A stretch of 59,934 nucleotides of DNA, counting the filler. It is 3 parts of 3 records of this genome, joined end to end, with 100 filler letters (N's around TTAATTAATTAA, not from the genome) between each part and the next. Parts side by side here need not be neighbours in the genome. Positions count along the whole stretch, not along the records: positions 1 to 31,071 come from SRR22947725_800; 2 more parts are not named here. The stretch is one strand, 5' to 3'. The notes under the pieces are model-generated. The model saw only the letters and a program-made list of their open reading frames with translations, was not told the origin of the DNA and did no database searches. The translations under genes and the position numbers were made by a program. Shown piece after piece: positions 1 to 11,134 of the stretch. Each line of letters opens with the position of its first letter. The stretch's first letter is position 1.

Positions 1-1202
1 AAATAAGCTAAAACATCTTTTATTTCTTTTCTCTGGTAAAATGAAAGTCCTCCATACACTCTATATGGAATATTTCTTTTTCTTAATGAATCTTCAAAAG
101 CCCTAGATTGAGCATTTGTTCTATATAAAATAGCAAAATCTTTATTTTGTAACTGTTGAGAATTTTTATTTTCAAATATAGAACTTGCTACAAACCTACC
201 TTCTTCACCATCTGTTAATAATCTGTTGACTTTAATCTTACTTCCTTCATCATTATCAGTCCAAACAACCTTTTCTAATCTTTTTTGATTTTTTTCAATT
301 AAGCTATTTGCTGCTTTTACTATATTTTTAGTAGATCTATAATTTTGCTCCAATTTAAATAATTTAACATCATCATAATCTTTTTGAAAATTTAAAATAT
401 TATTGATGTTTGCACCTCTAAAACCATAAATACTTTGAGCATCATCTCCAACAACACAAATATTTTGAAACTTATCAGCTAGAGCTTTTACAATTAAATA
501 TTGAGAATGATTTGTATCCTGATACTCATCTACCAAAACATACCTAAACATGTTTTGATACTTTGACAATACCTCAGGAAATCTAGATAATAATTCGTTT
601 GTTTTTAATAGTAAATCATCAAAATCCATTGCGCCAGATTTGAAACATCTATTTACATACTCTGAATATATATCAATAAGTCTAGGTCTACGAGCTTGTC
701 TATCTGCCTCAATTAGTTCATTGTTAGAATTGTAAGCTTTAACTGTAATCAAACTGTTTTTATAGCTAGATATTCTAGAGTAGATCTGCTTATATTTATA
801 AATTTCTTTATCAAGATTTAATTCAGAAATAATTGAAGAGACGAGCTTTTGAGAATCTTGAGTATCATAAATAGTGAAATTTGTAGGATAACCCAATTTA
901 TCTGCCTCAATTCTTAAAATCTTAGCAAATACAGAGTGAAAAGTTCCAATCCATAAATTTTTAGACTCATTATCATCAAGCATAGAGGATATTCTTTCCT
1001 TCATTTCCTTGGCTGCTTTATTTGTAAAGGTTAGGGCTAAAATATTAAAGGCATCTACACCTTTACTCATCAAATAAGCAATCTTGTAAGTTAAAACTCT
1101 AGTCTTACCTGATCCTGCACCAGCTATAACAATCATTGGTCCATCGGTCTGTAATGTAGGCTCTAATTGAGAAGGATTTAAATTCTGTAGTAAATTGTTC
1201 AA
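1..1202 (-). CDS. pcrA: ATP-dependent DNA helicase UvrD/PcrA, 5' part; runs off the window
   Basis: Not in the ORF track. Manual translation from TTG at 1202 gives MNNLLQNLNPSQLEPTLQTDGPMIVIAGAGSGKTRVLT (Walker A). Later motifs TFTNKAA, GTFHS, LVDEYQDTN, VGDDAQSIY and LEQNYRST are SF1A helicase signatures. Confidence 0.93.
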   Translation of the reverse strand, partial: MNNLLQNLNPSQLEPTLQTDGPMIVIAGAGSGKTRVLTYKIAYLMSKGVDAFNILALTFTNKAAKEMKERISSMLDDNESKNLWIGTFHSVFAKILRIEADKLGYPTNFTIYDTQDSQKLVSSIISELNLDKEIYKYKQIYSRISSYKNSLITVKAYNSNNELIEADRQARRPRLIDIYSEYVNRCFKSGAMDFDDLLLKTNELLSRFPEVLSKYQNMFRYVLVDEYQDTNHSQYLIVKALADKFQNICVVGDDAQSIYGFRGANINNILNFQKDYDDVKLFKLEQNYRSTKNIVKAANSLIEKNQKRLEKVVWTDNDEGSKIKVNRLLTDGEEGRFVASSIFENKNSQQLQNKDFAILYRTNAQSRAFEDSLRKRNIPYRVYGGLSFYQRKEIKDVLAY

Positions 1203-1330
1203 TTATTAAATTTTAAAAGTGAAATTAGATAATGTATTGGATATAATAATAATTTATGTTTAATAATTATAAACAATTTAATATGAATTAAAAATAATGA
1301 GTTAAGTAAAAAAATATTATTTTTATTTCA

Positions 1331-3436
1331 ATGAATTCTAACTTACTAAATACTCCAATTGATTATTTAAAAGGGCTAGGTATTAACAGGTCTGACTTAA
1401 TAAAAAAAGAATTAAAAATCTTTAATTACAAGGATTTAGTTAATCTATTCCCTAAGAGATACGTAGATAAGTCTAAATATTATAAAATTAAAGACCTTCC
1501 TAAGTTTAGTTGTGATGTTCAAATAATAGGTGAAATTTCAGAAATTAGTGAAATAGGTATAGGAAGAAAAAAAAGATTAATTGCACAATTTACTGATGGA
1601 GAAGATGAAATTGAACTTATTTGGTTTAAATCTTTAAAGTGGTTAAAAAAAAGTTTGCTAATAAACACCAAATACATAATATTTGGGAAATTAAATTTTT
1701 TTGCTAGTAAAATATCCATTCCGCATCCAGAAATTGAACTGTTTAAAGCTGACACTCTAAGCAAAAGGGTTAAAATTCAACCTATTTATCCATCCACTGA
1801 AAATTTGATAAAAAAAGGAGTTACTAATAAAGTCATTTCTAACCTAATGAAATCCTTACTTTATGATTTAAAATTAAATTTTAAGGAGACTATTCCAGAT
1901 TATTTAATTAAAGAATTGAAATTACTTGACAAAAATACATCAATTTATAACATTCATTTTCCAAAAAATAACGAATTATTGGAAGATTCAATTAGAAGAT
2001 TAAAATTTGAAGAATTACTTTACCTACAGTTACAGTTATTAAAAAAAAATATTAATAGAAAAGATAAAATTAAAGGTTACAACTTTAGTGTTGTTGGAAA
2101 ACACTTTAATAAATTTTATAATGAAGTACTGTCCTTTGAATTAACTAATGCCCAAAAGAAAGTTTTAAAAGAAATTCGAAATGATTTAGGTAGTAATGCA
2201 CAAATGAATAGACTGCTTCAAGGTGATGTAGGTTCTGGTAAAACTATAATTGCTTTTATGTCTATTTTAATAGCATTAGATAATGGCTATCAAGCATGCT
2301 TAATGGCACCGACTGAAATTTTGTCAGTACAGCATTATGAAGGTTTTATTAAAATGTCTAAGTTACTTAATATCAATATAGTAATACTTACAGGATCAAC
2401 TAAAGCTTCAATAAAAAAAGAAATCTATAAGTCGCTAGACAGTGGTGAAATAGACATTATCGTAGGCACACACTCTTTAATTCAAGACAAGGTAAAGTTT
2501 AAGAATTTAGGCCTAGCCATAATAGACGAACAACATAAGTTTGGTGTTGCTCAAAGAAGTAAATTATGGGCAAAAAGCACCATTCCTCCGCATATACTAA
2601 TTATGACCGCAACCCCAATTCCTAGAACACTAGCCATGAGCGCATATGGAGATCTTGATATATCATTAATTGACGAGCTACCACCAGGAAGAAGAGAGAT
2701 AACAACCGTTCATAGATTTGACAGCAACAGATTGAGTGTTTTAAAGTTTATTAAAGAACAAATAAATGAAGGTCGGCAAATATACATTGTATACCCTCTA
2801 ATCGAAGAAAGCAAAAATATGGATTTCAAAGATCTTATGGACGGATATGAAAGTCTTTCTAGAGAATTTAAACAGCCTAAATACCAAATATCTATTGTAC
2901 ACGGAAGAATGAAAGCACAAGACAAAGAGTTTGAAATGAAAAGATTTGAAAATAAAGAAACTCAAATACTTATAGCCACAACAGTAATTGAAGTTGGTGT
3001 AAATATTCCAAACGCATCTGTAATGATTATTGAAAGCTCAGAGAGGTTTGGACTTTCTCAATTACACCAGTTAAGAGGTCGTGTTGGAAGAGGAATTCAC
3101 AAAAGCTACTGCATATTAATGTCTGGAAACAAATTAAGCAATGAAAGTAAACTAAGACTCAAAACAATGACACAAACCAACAATGGGTTTACAATCGCAG
3201 AAAAAGATCTAGAAATTAGAGGTCCAGGTGACATAATGGGAACTCAGCAAAGTGGAGTAATTGATCTTAAAATAGCAGATTTAATCTCAGATCAAAAAAT
3301 ATTAACTTACGCTAGAAAATTTGCAAGACAAATTTTAGAAGATGACAAAAACCTATCCAAAGAAAAAAACAACAAACTTTTAAACACATATAACCACTTA
3401 GTTAAAAATAAAGATCTTTGGAGTTATATAGGATAA
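1331..3436 (+). CDS. recG: ATP-dependent DNA helicase RecG
   Basis: Motifs MNRLLQGDVGSGKT, DEQH, MTATPIPRTL, QLHQLRGRVGRG and DLEIRGPG; N-terminal wedge domain. Confidence 0.97.
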   Translation: MNSNLLNTPIDYLKGLGINRSDLIKKELKIFNYKDLVNLFPKRYVDKSKYYKIKDLPKFSCDVQIIGEISEISEIGIGRKKRLIAQFTDGEDEIELIWFKSLKWLKKSLLINTKYIIFGKLNFFASKISIPHPEIELFKADTLSKRVKIQPIYPSTENLIKKGVTNKVISNLMKSLLYDLKLNFKETIPDYLIKELKLLDKNTSIYNIHFPKNNELLEDSIRRLKFEELLYLQLQLLKKNINRKDKIKGYNFSVVGKHFNKFYNEVLSFELTNAQKKVLKEIRNDLGSNAQMNRLLQGDVGSGKTIIAFMSILIALDNGYQACLMAPTEILSVQHYEGFIKMSKLLNINIVILTGSTKASIKKEIYKSLDSGEIDIIVGTHSLIQDKVKFKNLGLAIIDEQHKFGVAQRSKLWAKSTIPPHILIMTATPIPRTLAMSAYGDLDISLIDELPPGRREITTVHRFDSNRLSVLKFIKEQINEGRQIYIVYPLIEESKNMDFKDLMDGYESLSREFKQPKYQISIVHGRMKAQDKEFEMKRFENKETQILIATTVIEVGVNIPNASVMIIESSERFGLSQLHQLRGRVGRGIHKSYCILMSGNKLSNESKLRLKTMTQTNNGFTIAEKDLEIRGPGDIMGTQQSGVIDLKIADLISDQKILTYARKFARQILEDDKNLSKEKNNKLLNTYNHLVKNKDLWSYIG

Positions 3437-3448
3437 ATAATTAAAACT

Positions 3449-4663
3449 TCAATTTCCTTGCATAAATCTTATAGTATCATCAAACTCATTAATAAATTCA
3501 ATATATTTTTTTCCAGTCGCAGGACCATTAAATCCAGTATGAATTTTAATAACATCTTTGTTTTTATCTAAAAAAATTGTGGTAGGATATGAAATTATAT
3601 TATTAAGCATTGGAAATTTTTCTAATGCCTTTCCCTTATCTGAACTCCCATATTGAGCTAATAAAATAGGATAATCAATTCCTATCTGATTTTTTAATTT
3701 TAATATGCTACTTAATGCATCATCTTTAGTTTTTGCATACTCAAAAGCCAAAGCTACAAACTCAATGTCATTAAGTTTATTTTTATTCAGATAATCAACA
3801 TAGAATTTAGATTCATCAAGGCAATTAGAGCACCAGCTACCCATTAATTGTATAACCATAGACTTACCATCAAAAATATCATCATCAATTGATATTAATT
3901 TACCGGCAGTGTTTTCAAATGAAAATTCAAACTTTTGGTTTTTACTCTGTAATGAAGTTAAACTGTACTCATTTGATAGCTCAAAAATATTATCTAAAAC
4001 ACCCTCTATTATTGTTTTAGAGTGGTTTCCCGAGTACATAATCCCATTTATACTGTCATTGCTATTATTCAACTCAGCTTCTAAAAGATAAGCTCTTGAG
4101 CCGTTAAATGTTGATAAAACTATCTTACTATCTTTATAACCACCATGCATATATCCATAATCTCCAGTAGATGTTCTAAAAGTTGCACTAATTTCATTAT
4201 GCCCTATAGGATTAAATATACCTAAAGAGAGGGATGCATTATCCATATTAGGGTTAAAAGTAAACCTCCATCTGTTTAGTGTTAATTTTTCATTATTTTC
4301 AAAGTCAATATTAAAACGTTTATTACTATTGTATGAAGTAAAGGGTACAGATCTATCTAAACTCTCAATAACAAAAACACCATTAATTTTATTGTCGTCC
4401 AAGATTCCTTTAATGTATCCCTCAAATACTTTTGATCTAATAAAAATTGAGTCCTTTAAGTAATCTATTGAAAAGCCAACAATCTCAGATGAATTTTGAA
4501 CGACTAATGTACTGTCATTAGTTACTGAAAAATTAAATGGCAGATATTTATTATTTTCAACCTCTAGCTTACCTACATAATCTCCTTGCAGCAACCTGTC
4601 ACTAACCTCTGAATTACAAGAAATTATAAGAACCAAACCAATCATAAAAAGAGAAAAACGCAT
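3449..4663 (-). CDS. TlpA-family thiol-disulfide oxidoreductase lipoprotein
   Basis: C-terminal thioredoxin fold with GSWCSNC and SYPTT. The lipobox (LIISC) favours the ATG at 4663 over the track start at 4723. Confidence 0.8.
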   Translation of the reverse strand: MRFSLFMIGLVLIISCNSEVSDRLLQGDYVGKLEVENNKYLPFNFSVTNDSTLVVQNSSEIVGFSIDYLKDSIFIRSKVFEGYIKGILDDNKINGVFVIESLDRSVPFTSYNSNKRFNIDFENNEKLTLNRWRFTFNPNMDNASLSLGIFNPIGHNEISATFRTSTGDYGYMHGGYKDSKIVLSTFNGSRAYLLEAELNNSNDSINGIMYSGNHSKTIIEGVLDNIFELSNEYSLTSLQSKNQKFEFSFENTAGKLISIDDDIFDGKSMVIQLMGSWCSNCLDESKFYVDYLNKNKLNDIEFVALAFEYAKTKDDALSSILKLKNQIGIDYPILLAQYGSSDKGKALEKFPMLNNIISYPTTIFLDKNKDVIKIHTGFNGPATGKKYIEFINEFDDTIRFMQGN

Positions 4664-4740
4664 CAATATTTTTATTTTAAATAACATAAAAAACTTATAA
4701 TTAAAAAACTTAATCAATTTCATTACAAACTTAGTATTAT

Positions 4741-4748
4741 TATATTTG
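4741..4748 (+). promoter_or_regulatory. Bacteroidota -7 promoter element (TATATTTG) upstream of pheT
   Basis: Matches the TAnnTTTG consensus and ends 18 nt before the ATG. Similar elements precede several other genes in segment 1. Confidence 0.6.
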
Positions 4749-4766
4749 TATTCTTAAATATACATA

Positions 4767-7193
4767 ATGAAAATATCTTACAACTGGATAAAGCAATTTA
4801 TTAACATTAAAGACAATTCTGAAGAAACTGCAAAACTTCTAACTGAACTTGGACTTGAAGTTGAGGGTATTTCTAAATTTGAATCCATAAAAGGGGGTTT
4901 AAAAAATGTAGTAATTGGTAAGGTTATTTCTTGCGAAAAACATCCTAATGCAGATAGACTTAAAATAACTTCTGTTGATATAGGTGAAAATAAGAATCTT
5001 CAAATAGTTTGTGGTGCTCCAAATGTTAAATCTGGTCAAACTGTTGCTGTGGCAATGGTCGGAGCAAAACTTTATTTCAATGATGAAGAAATAACGATTA
5101 AAAAAAGCAAAATAAGAGGAGAAAGTAGTCAGGGTATGATATGTGCAGAGGATGAACTTGGCTTAGGAAATTCTCATGATGGAATTATTGTATTTGAAAA
5201 AGCGCATAAACCAGGAACTTTAGTCAATAAAATATATGAGATTGAGAACGATGAAGTTTTTGATATAGGCTTAACTCCAAACAGAGCTGACGCTATGAGT
5301 CACCATGGAGTTGCCAGAGATTTAAGAATTGGGTTAGCTCAAAAGGGGATTAAATTAGAACTAATAACCCCATCAGTTAGTGATTTTAATATTGATAATA
5401 GAGCAATAAGTTTAAAACTGGATGTTAAAAATTCAATTAAAGCACCTAGATACTGTGGAATAGTAATTAACAACATTACTGTCAAAGAATCTCCTGAATG
5501 GTTAAAAAACAGATTAAAATCTATTAACCTCACACCTATAAATAATATTGTTGATATAACAAATTACGTTTTACACGACTTAGGTCAGCCTTTACATGCT
5601 TTTGATTACGACAGCATTGTCAATAATAAAATCGAGGTTACAACATTAAAAAAAGGCACAAAATTTACTTCTTTAGACGGAGTAGAAAGAGAATTAACTG
5701 ATTCAGATTTAATGATATGCAGTGGGGATAAACCATTATGTATGGCTGGAATATTTGGTGGTTTACATTCAGGAGTTAACACTTCAACCAAATCCATATT
5801 TTTAGAAAGTGCTTACTTCGATCCAATTTCAATTAGAAAATCTGCAAAATATCATGGACTTAATACAGATGCATCATACAGATTTGAAAGAGGAGTTGAT
5901 CCTAATATTACAAAATACGCCTTGAAAAGAGCTGCAATTTTAATTAAAGAAATTAGTGGAGGAGTTATTTCTAGTGAAATCGAAGATTTATACCCAAAAA
6001 AGTTTAATGATTTTGAGGTGCTATTAAATTATGACCAAGTTGATAAACTTATAGGTCAAAAAATTGATCACGAAACAATAAAGGAGATTTTAACTTCATT
6101 AGATATAAAAATAAATAGTATAACAGAAACAAGATTAGGACTCAGCATTCCTTTTTATAGAAATGATGTCCAAAGAGAGGCTGACGTTATCGAGGAGATA
6201 TTACGAGTTTATGGTTACAATAACATAAAATCAAATCACAAACTCAACTCTTCTATTAGTGATATTAAACTTTTTTCAGAACACAATGTTCAAAATTCAA
6301 TAAGTGATGTATTAGTTTCTCAAGGTTTTTATGAAATAATGACAAACTCATTAACCTCTCCCGCTTACAGTAATTTAAGTGAAGATGATATGATTGAAAA
6401 TGATATTAAAGTATTAAACTCACTTAGTTTAGATCTTTCTGTATTAAGACAAAACATGATGTTTTCTGGACTTGAAGCTACTTCCCATAATATAAATCGA
6501 AAACAATCAGATTTAAAATTATTTGAATTTGGTAAAACTTATAAATTAATCAATCAAGATAGGATTGAAGCTAAAAAACTATCTCTTTTCATCACTGGTG
6601 ATTTATCTAAGAAAAATTGGAATTCGGATAAAGTTAAATCTGATTACTACTACACTAAGGGTATAGTTAAATCAATACTTGAAAGAATAGGGATAAAAAA
6701 TACTTTATCAAAACCAACTACACTTTCTAATTTAGCAGATGGTGAATCATTGTTTTTAGGTAAAAAAGAAATTGTTACCTACGGATCAGTTAAACAAATA
6801 ATCTTAGATAGTTTTAATATAGATCAAGAAGTGTTTTATGTTGAATTCAAATGGGACTCAATTATTTCGATGACTAATAACAAACCTATTCATGTAAATG
6901 AAATACCTAAATTTCCTGAAGTTAGCAGGGATTTGTCCTTACTATTAGATAAGAATGTAGATTTTGAATCAATTTACAATAGCTGTATAAAAATTGATAA
7001 AAAATTAATAAAAGATGTTAGCTTATTTGACGTGTATGAGGGTAGTAAATTACCTGAAAACAAAAAAAGCTATGGAGTTAGTCTAAATATTTCTAGTAAC
7101 GAAAAAACATTATCAGACAAAGAAATTGATAATTTAATGAACAAGATAATTAAAAACTTAAATTCAAATTTTGGTGCTGAACTAAGAAATTAA
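4767..7193 (+). CDS. pheT: Phenylalanine--tRNA ligase beta subunit
   Basis: MKISYNW start, KHPNADRL, tRNA-binding OB fold (CGAPNV), TPNRAD, RFERGVD and a C-terminal FDX-ACB domain. Confidence 0.98.
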   Translation: MKISYNWIKQFINIKDNSEETAKLLTELGLEVEGISKFESIKGGLKNVVIGKVISCEKHPNADRLKITSVDIGENKNLQIVCGAPNVKSGQTVAVAMVGAKLYFNDEEITIKKSKIRGESSQGMICAEDELGLGNSHDGIIVFEKAHKPGTLVNKIYEIENDEVFDIGLTPNRADAMSHHGVARDLRIGLAQKGIKLELITPSVSDFNIDNRAISLKLDVKNSIKAPRYCGIVINNITVKESPEWLKNRLKSINLTPINNIVDITNYVLHDLGQPLHAFDYDSIVNNKIEVTTLKKGTKFTSLDGVERELTDSDLMICSGDKPLCMAGIFGGLHSGVNTSTKSIFLESAYFDPISIRKSAKYHGLNTDASYRFERGVDPNITKYALKRAAILIKEISGGVISSEIEDLYPKKFNDFEVLLNYDQVDKLIGQKIDHETIKEILTSLDIKINSITETRLGLSIPFYRNDVQREADVIEEILRVYGYNNIKSNHKLNSSISDIKLFSEHNVQNSISDVLVSQGFYEIMTNSLTSPAYSNLSEDDMIENDIKVLNSLSLDLSVLRQNMMFSGLEATSHNINRKQSDLKLFEFGKTYKLINQDRIEAKKLSLFITGDLSKKNWNSDKVKSDYYYTKGIVKSILERIGIKNTLSKPTTLSNLADGESLFLGKKEIVTYGSVKQIILDSFNIDQEVFYVEFKWDSIISMTNNKPIHVNEIPKFPEVSRDLSLLLDKNVDFESIYNSCIKIDKKLIKDVSLFDVYEGSKLPENKKSYGVSLNISSNEKTLSDKEIDNLMNKIIKNLNSNFGAELRN

Positions 7194-8809
7194 TTATCAT
7201 ACATTTTGTTTCTTAATTCTTTAATTTTATCATCCTGCATATACTCATCAAACTTCATAAATCTGTCAATAACTCCATTTGGTGTTAGCTCTACTACTCT
7301 ATTAGCAATTGATTGAGCAAATTGATGATCATGCGTTGTAAACAAAACTGTTCCTTTAAATTTACTCAGAGAATTATTAAAAGCGGTTATACTTTCTAAA
7401 TCAAGATGATTAGTTGGTTCGTCTAACATTAAAACATTCGCTCTAAACATCATCATTCTAGATAACATACATCTAACTTTTTCACCTCCAGATAATACGT
7501 CGCATTTTTTCAGAGCCTCTTCTCCACTAAAAACCATTTTTCCTAAGAAACCTCTAAGATAAACCTCTTCTCTTTCCTCTTCAGTTGTAGCCCACTCTCT
7601 CAACCATTCAACTAAACTCAAATCCTTATTAAAAAACTCATGATTATCAATTGGTAAATATGATTGTGAAGTTGTAATACCCCAATTAAATTTTCCAGTG
7701 TATTTATTTTCACTTGAATTAATTATTTCATAAAAAGCAGTAGTCGCTCTGGAATCTTTAGAAAAAATAACAACCTTATCACCTTTGGCAATATTTATAT
7801 CAATTTTATCAAAAAGTTTATTCTCATCTAGAGAATAAGAAAGGTTCTCAATATTTAATATCTGATCACCAGCAACCCTATCCCTTTCAAATATTATTGC
7901 TGGATACCTTCTACTTGATGGTTTAATTTCTTCAATATTCAATTTATCAATCATTTTTTTTCTACTAGTAGCCTGCTTACTTTTGGCTACATTAGCACTA
8001 AACCTAGCGATAAATTCTTGTAGTTCTTTCTTTTTTTCCTCTGCTTTTTTATTTTGTTGAGTACGCTGACGCAATGCTAACTGAGATGATTCATACCAAA
8101 AAGTATAATTTCCAGAATAATGAGATATTTTATTAAAATCTATATCTGAAATATGTGTACATACAGAATCTAAAAAATGTCTATCGTGAGAAACTACAAT
8201 AATACAATTGTCAAAATTTGCTAGAAAATTTTCTAACCAGAGTATAGTTTCATAATCTAAATCATTTGTTGGTTCATCCATTATTAAAACATCTGGATTA
8301 CCAAATAGAGATTGAGCTAGTAAAATCCTAACTTTTAACTTAGCATCAACATCCTTCATTAAAATATAATGAAGATTTTCCGAAATACCTAAATTTGACA
8401 ATAAAGCTGCAGCAGAGCTTTCTGCATTCCATCCATCCATTTCTTCAAACTGCTGTTGCAATACACCAATTTTATCTGCATTTTCATCATTATAATCAGC
8501 ATATAAATTATCCATCTCAATTTTAACATCATACAAAGGCTTATTACCAATAATTACAGTGTCTAAAACATTTTTATCATCGTAAATATTATGGTTTTGT
8601 TCTAAAACAGACATTCTTTTTCCAGACTCTAAGTGTACATATCCAGATGTTGGATCTTGCTTTCCAGCTAAAATTTTTAAAAAAGTTGATTTTCCAGAAC
8701 CATTTGCTCCAATTATCCCATAACAATTGCCATTGTTAAAAGATGTATTTACATCATCAAACAAAATTCTTTTACCAAACTGAACTGAAAGATTCGAAAC
8801 AGATAACAT
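7190..8809 (-). CDS. ABC-F family ATP-binding protein (YbiT-like)
   Basis: Two ABC cassettes (GANGSGKST...DEPTN; LSGGE...DEPTNHLD), no TM segments, and an inter-domain linker. Confidence 0.92.
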   Translation of the reverse strand: MLSVSNLSVQFGKRILFDDVNTSFNNGNCYGIIGANGSGKSTFLKILAGKQDPTSGYVHLESGKRMSVLEQNHNIYDDKNVLDTVIIGNKPLYDVKIEMDNLYADYNDENADKIGVLQQQFEEMDGWNAESSAAALLSNLGISENLHYILMKDVDAKLKVRILLAQSLFGNPDVLIMDEPTNDLDYETILWLENFLANFDNCIIVVSHDRHFLDSVCTHISDIDFNKISHYSGNYTFWYESSQLALRQRTQQNKKAEEKKKELQEFIARFSANVAKSKQATSRKKMIDKLNIEEIKPSSRRYPAIIFERDRVAGDQILNIENLSYSLDENKLFDKIDINIAKGDKVVIFSKDSRATTAFYEIINSSENKYTGKFNWGITTSQSYLPIDNHEFFNKDLSLVEWLREWATTEEEREEVYLRGFLGKMVFSGEEALKKCDVLSGGEKVRCMLSRMMMFRANVLMLDEPTNHLDLESITAFNNSLSKFKGTVLFTTHDHQFAQSIANRVVELTPNGVIDRFMKFDEYMQDDKIKELRNKMYDN

Positions 8810-8953
8810 ATATAAATAATTTATTTTTTTGCAAAAATATAAAATCTAAACACTAAAAACTTAATCTTGATAAATTAAATAGATGTAATTTAACAGGTAA
8901 TTAACACAAATAAAGATCTTGTATATATATTTTTGATTAATTATATAAATACA

Positions 8954-10393
8954 GTGAAAAAAATTTTTACCTTTTTTTTAGCCTTTGTACTTCTTTATGG
9001 ATGTAAAGACATTAAAGAAACAAACCATAGTTTTATTGGTGGTGAAATTATAAATCCCAAAGATACCAAACTAACTATTTTTAAGTCAAATACTATAGTT
9101 GATACAATTAGATTAGATTCGGAAAACAGGTTTTTATCTAAAATTGAATCGACTAAATCTGGATTTTATGGCTTTTCACACGGAAATGAATATCAATTAA
9201 TTTTATTAGAACCTAATGATAGTATCACCATCAGAGTTAACACCTTAGATTTTGATGAATCTTTGTCTTTTAGTGGTATTGGATCAAAGAAAAACAATTA
9301 CTTAATTAGCTTGTTTACTAAATACGAAAACTCAAAAAGAAATAGCTCTAATTTGTTTAAAGCTAAGCCAAAAGAATTCAAAAAAGCAATTGATTCATTA
9401 AAAAGAGATGAAATTAACTTACTTAATAAATTTATCTCGGGTACTAATTTAACTTCCCAATTATTTGAGGAGATTGCTACAAATACAATTAATCATATTT
9501 TTAACGCTAAAATAGAGGCCTACCGTTTTATTGAAGTCAATAGAAATGAGACAATTTACCCTGAAAATTTTTATGACTTTAGAAAAAACATAAATTATAA
9601 CAATATTTATTTTGAAGAATTCTATCATTATTATAATTTTTTATTTCCTCATTTTGACAATTTAGCATATGAAAAGTTTATAAAAACACACAACAAAAAA
9701 TCATTTAATAAAGATAATGTTGATTATAATTTAATAAAGTTAGAACTAATTGATAGTCTTGTTCAAAATAGAGAAATTAAATCTAGACTAACTTCATTCA
9801 TTGCAAGAAAATTTCTATCGTTTTGCAAAAAACAAGTAGAAGCTAACAAAATATATAATTATTATTTGAAGATTAATAAAACAACTAACAATGACTCTAA
9901 AAACTATCAGCAAAAAAGAGTAATTAATCTATATAACAATTTAAAGAAACTAAAAAAGGGAAATAAATTACCAATTATTGAATTAATCGATTCCAAAAAA
10001 AATTCTGTAAACATAAATAAACTAATTACAGACAAAACATTAATTTATTTCTGGAGTAAAAATTCTAAAAATTCTTACAAATATAGCCATGATAAAGTAA
10101 AAAAATTAAGAGCTATATATCCTAATATAAGTTTTATTTCTGTAAATATAGATAAGATCAGAACTGAAAAGTGGTTAGATAAATTAACAATCAACTCTAG
10201 TTATTGTGATTGTAATGGGTGTAAGAGCAAGAATACATATGTAAATGAATTTAAATTACGCAATCCTGATATCGCAAAAAAACTTCTTGGTATACAATAT
10301 ATTAGAAAAACAATAATAGTAGATTCAAAAATGAATATAATTGAATCAAATGCAAATCTCTTTAGCGATAATTTAGAAAAAATTATTAATTAA
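8954..10393 (+). CDS. Lipoprotein with a degenerate C-terminal thioredoxin-like (TlpA-like) domain
   Basis: Lipobox FVLLYGC, likely GTG start at 8954 (track start 8933). The C-terminal LP..ELID...TLIYFWS...FISVNID pattern resembles TlpA but has no CxxC. Confidence 0.6.
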   Translation: MKKIFTFFLAFVLLYGCKDIKETNHSFIGGEIINPKDTKLTIFKSNTIVDTIRLDSENRFLSKIESTKSGFYGFSHGNEYQLILLEPNDSITIRVNTLDFDESLSFSGIGSKKNNYLISLFTKYENSKRNSSNLFKAKPKEFKKAIDSLKRDEINLLNKFISGTNLTSQLFEEIATNTINHIFNAKIEAYRFIEVNRNETIYPENFYDFRKNINYNNIYFEEFYHYYNFLFPHFDNLAYEKFIKTHNKKSFNKDNVDYNLIKLELIDSLVQNREIKSRLTSFIARKFLSFCKKQVEANKIYNYYLKINKTTNNDSKNYQQKRVINLYNNLKKLKKGNKLPIIELIDSKKNSVNINKLITDKTLIYFWSKNSKNSYKYSHDKVKKLRAIYPNISFISVNIDKIRTEKWLDKLTINSSYCDCNGCKSKNTYVNEFKLRNPDIAKKLLGIQYIRKTIIVDSKMNIIESNANLFSDNLEKIIN

Positions 10394-11043
10394 TTCCCTT
10401 TTTTGTAATCACTCAGAAATTTTTCTAATCCAATATCTGTTAAAGGGTGTTTTAATAAGCCTGCGATGGAACTCAAAGGACCTGTCATAACATCAGCACC
10501 TATTTTTGCACAATCAATTACGTGCATTGTATGTCTTACTGAAGCTGCTAGAATTTCTGTAGTAAATCCATAATTATCATAAATTAATCTTATCTCAGCG
10601 ATTAAATTTAAACCATCGGTAGATATATCGTCTAATCTTCCAATAAATGGAGAAACATAAGTAGCACCGGCTTTTGCAGCTAATAATGCTTGCCCAGCTG
10701 AAAACACTAAAGTAACATTAGTTTTAACTCCTTTATCACTGAAATATTTTGCCGCTTTAACACCATCTTTTATCATAGGTAACTTGACTACAATCTGGCT
10801 ATGTAAATTGGCCAGCTCTGTACCTTCAGTAACCATATTATCAAAATCTGTAGCAATAACTTCTGCCGAAACATCACCATCAACAATTTCACATATATCT
10901 TTATAGTGTTGTAAAATATTATCTCTTCCAGTAATACCTTCTTTAGCCATTAATGACGGGTTAGTAGTTACTCCATCTAAAACACCTAAGTTTTGAGCTT
11001 CTTTGATTTGATCTAAATTTGCTGTGTCTATAAAAAATTTCAT
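10390..11043 (-). CDS. tal: Transaldolase / fructose-6-phosphate aldolase family (TalC-type)
   Basis: [22 protein letters not shown] (catalytic Lys), NVTLVFS and [11 protein letters not shown]. Confidence 0.93.
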   Translation of the reverse strand: MKFFIDTANLDQIKEAQNLGVLDGVTTNPSLMAKEGITGRDNILQHYKDICEIVDGDVSAEVIATDFDNMVTEGTELANLHSQIVVKLPMIKDGVKAAKYFSDKGVKTNVTLVFSAGQALLAAKAGATYVSPFIGRLDDISTDGLNLIAEIRLIYDNYGFTTEILAASVRHTMHVIDCAKIGADVMTGPLSSIAGLLKHPLTDIGLEKFLSDYKKGN

Positions 11044-11134
11044 CTGTTGATTTTTAGTTTAATCAAAACTACAATAAATTAAGTTTTTAAAAATAAAATT
11101 GAAATAAATATATTAACATACTAAAATAATCGTT

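Noticed and set aside
4767-7193. pheT without an adjacent pheS
   Set aside because: Unlinked pheS and pheT are usual in Bacteroidota.
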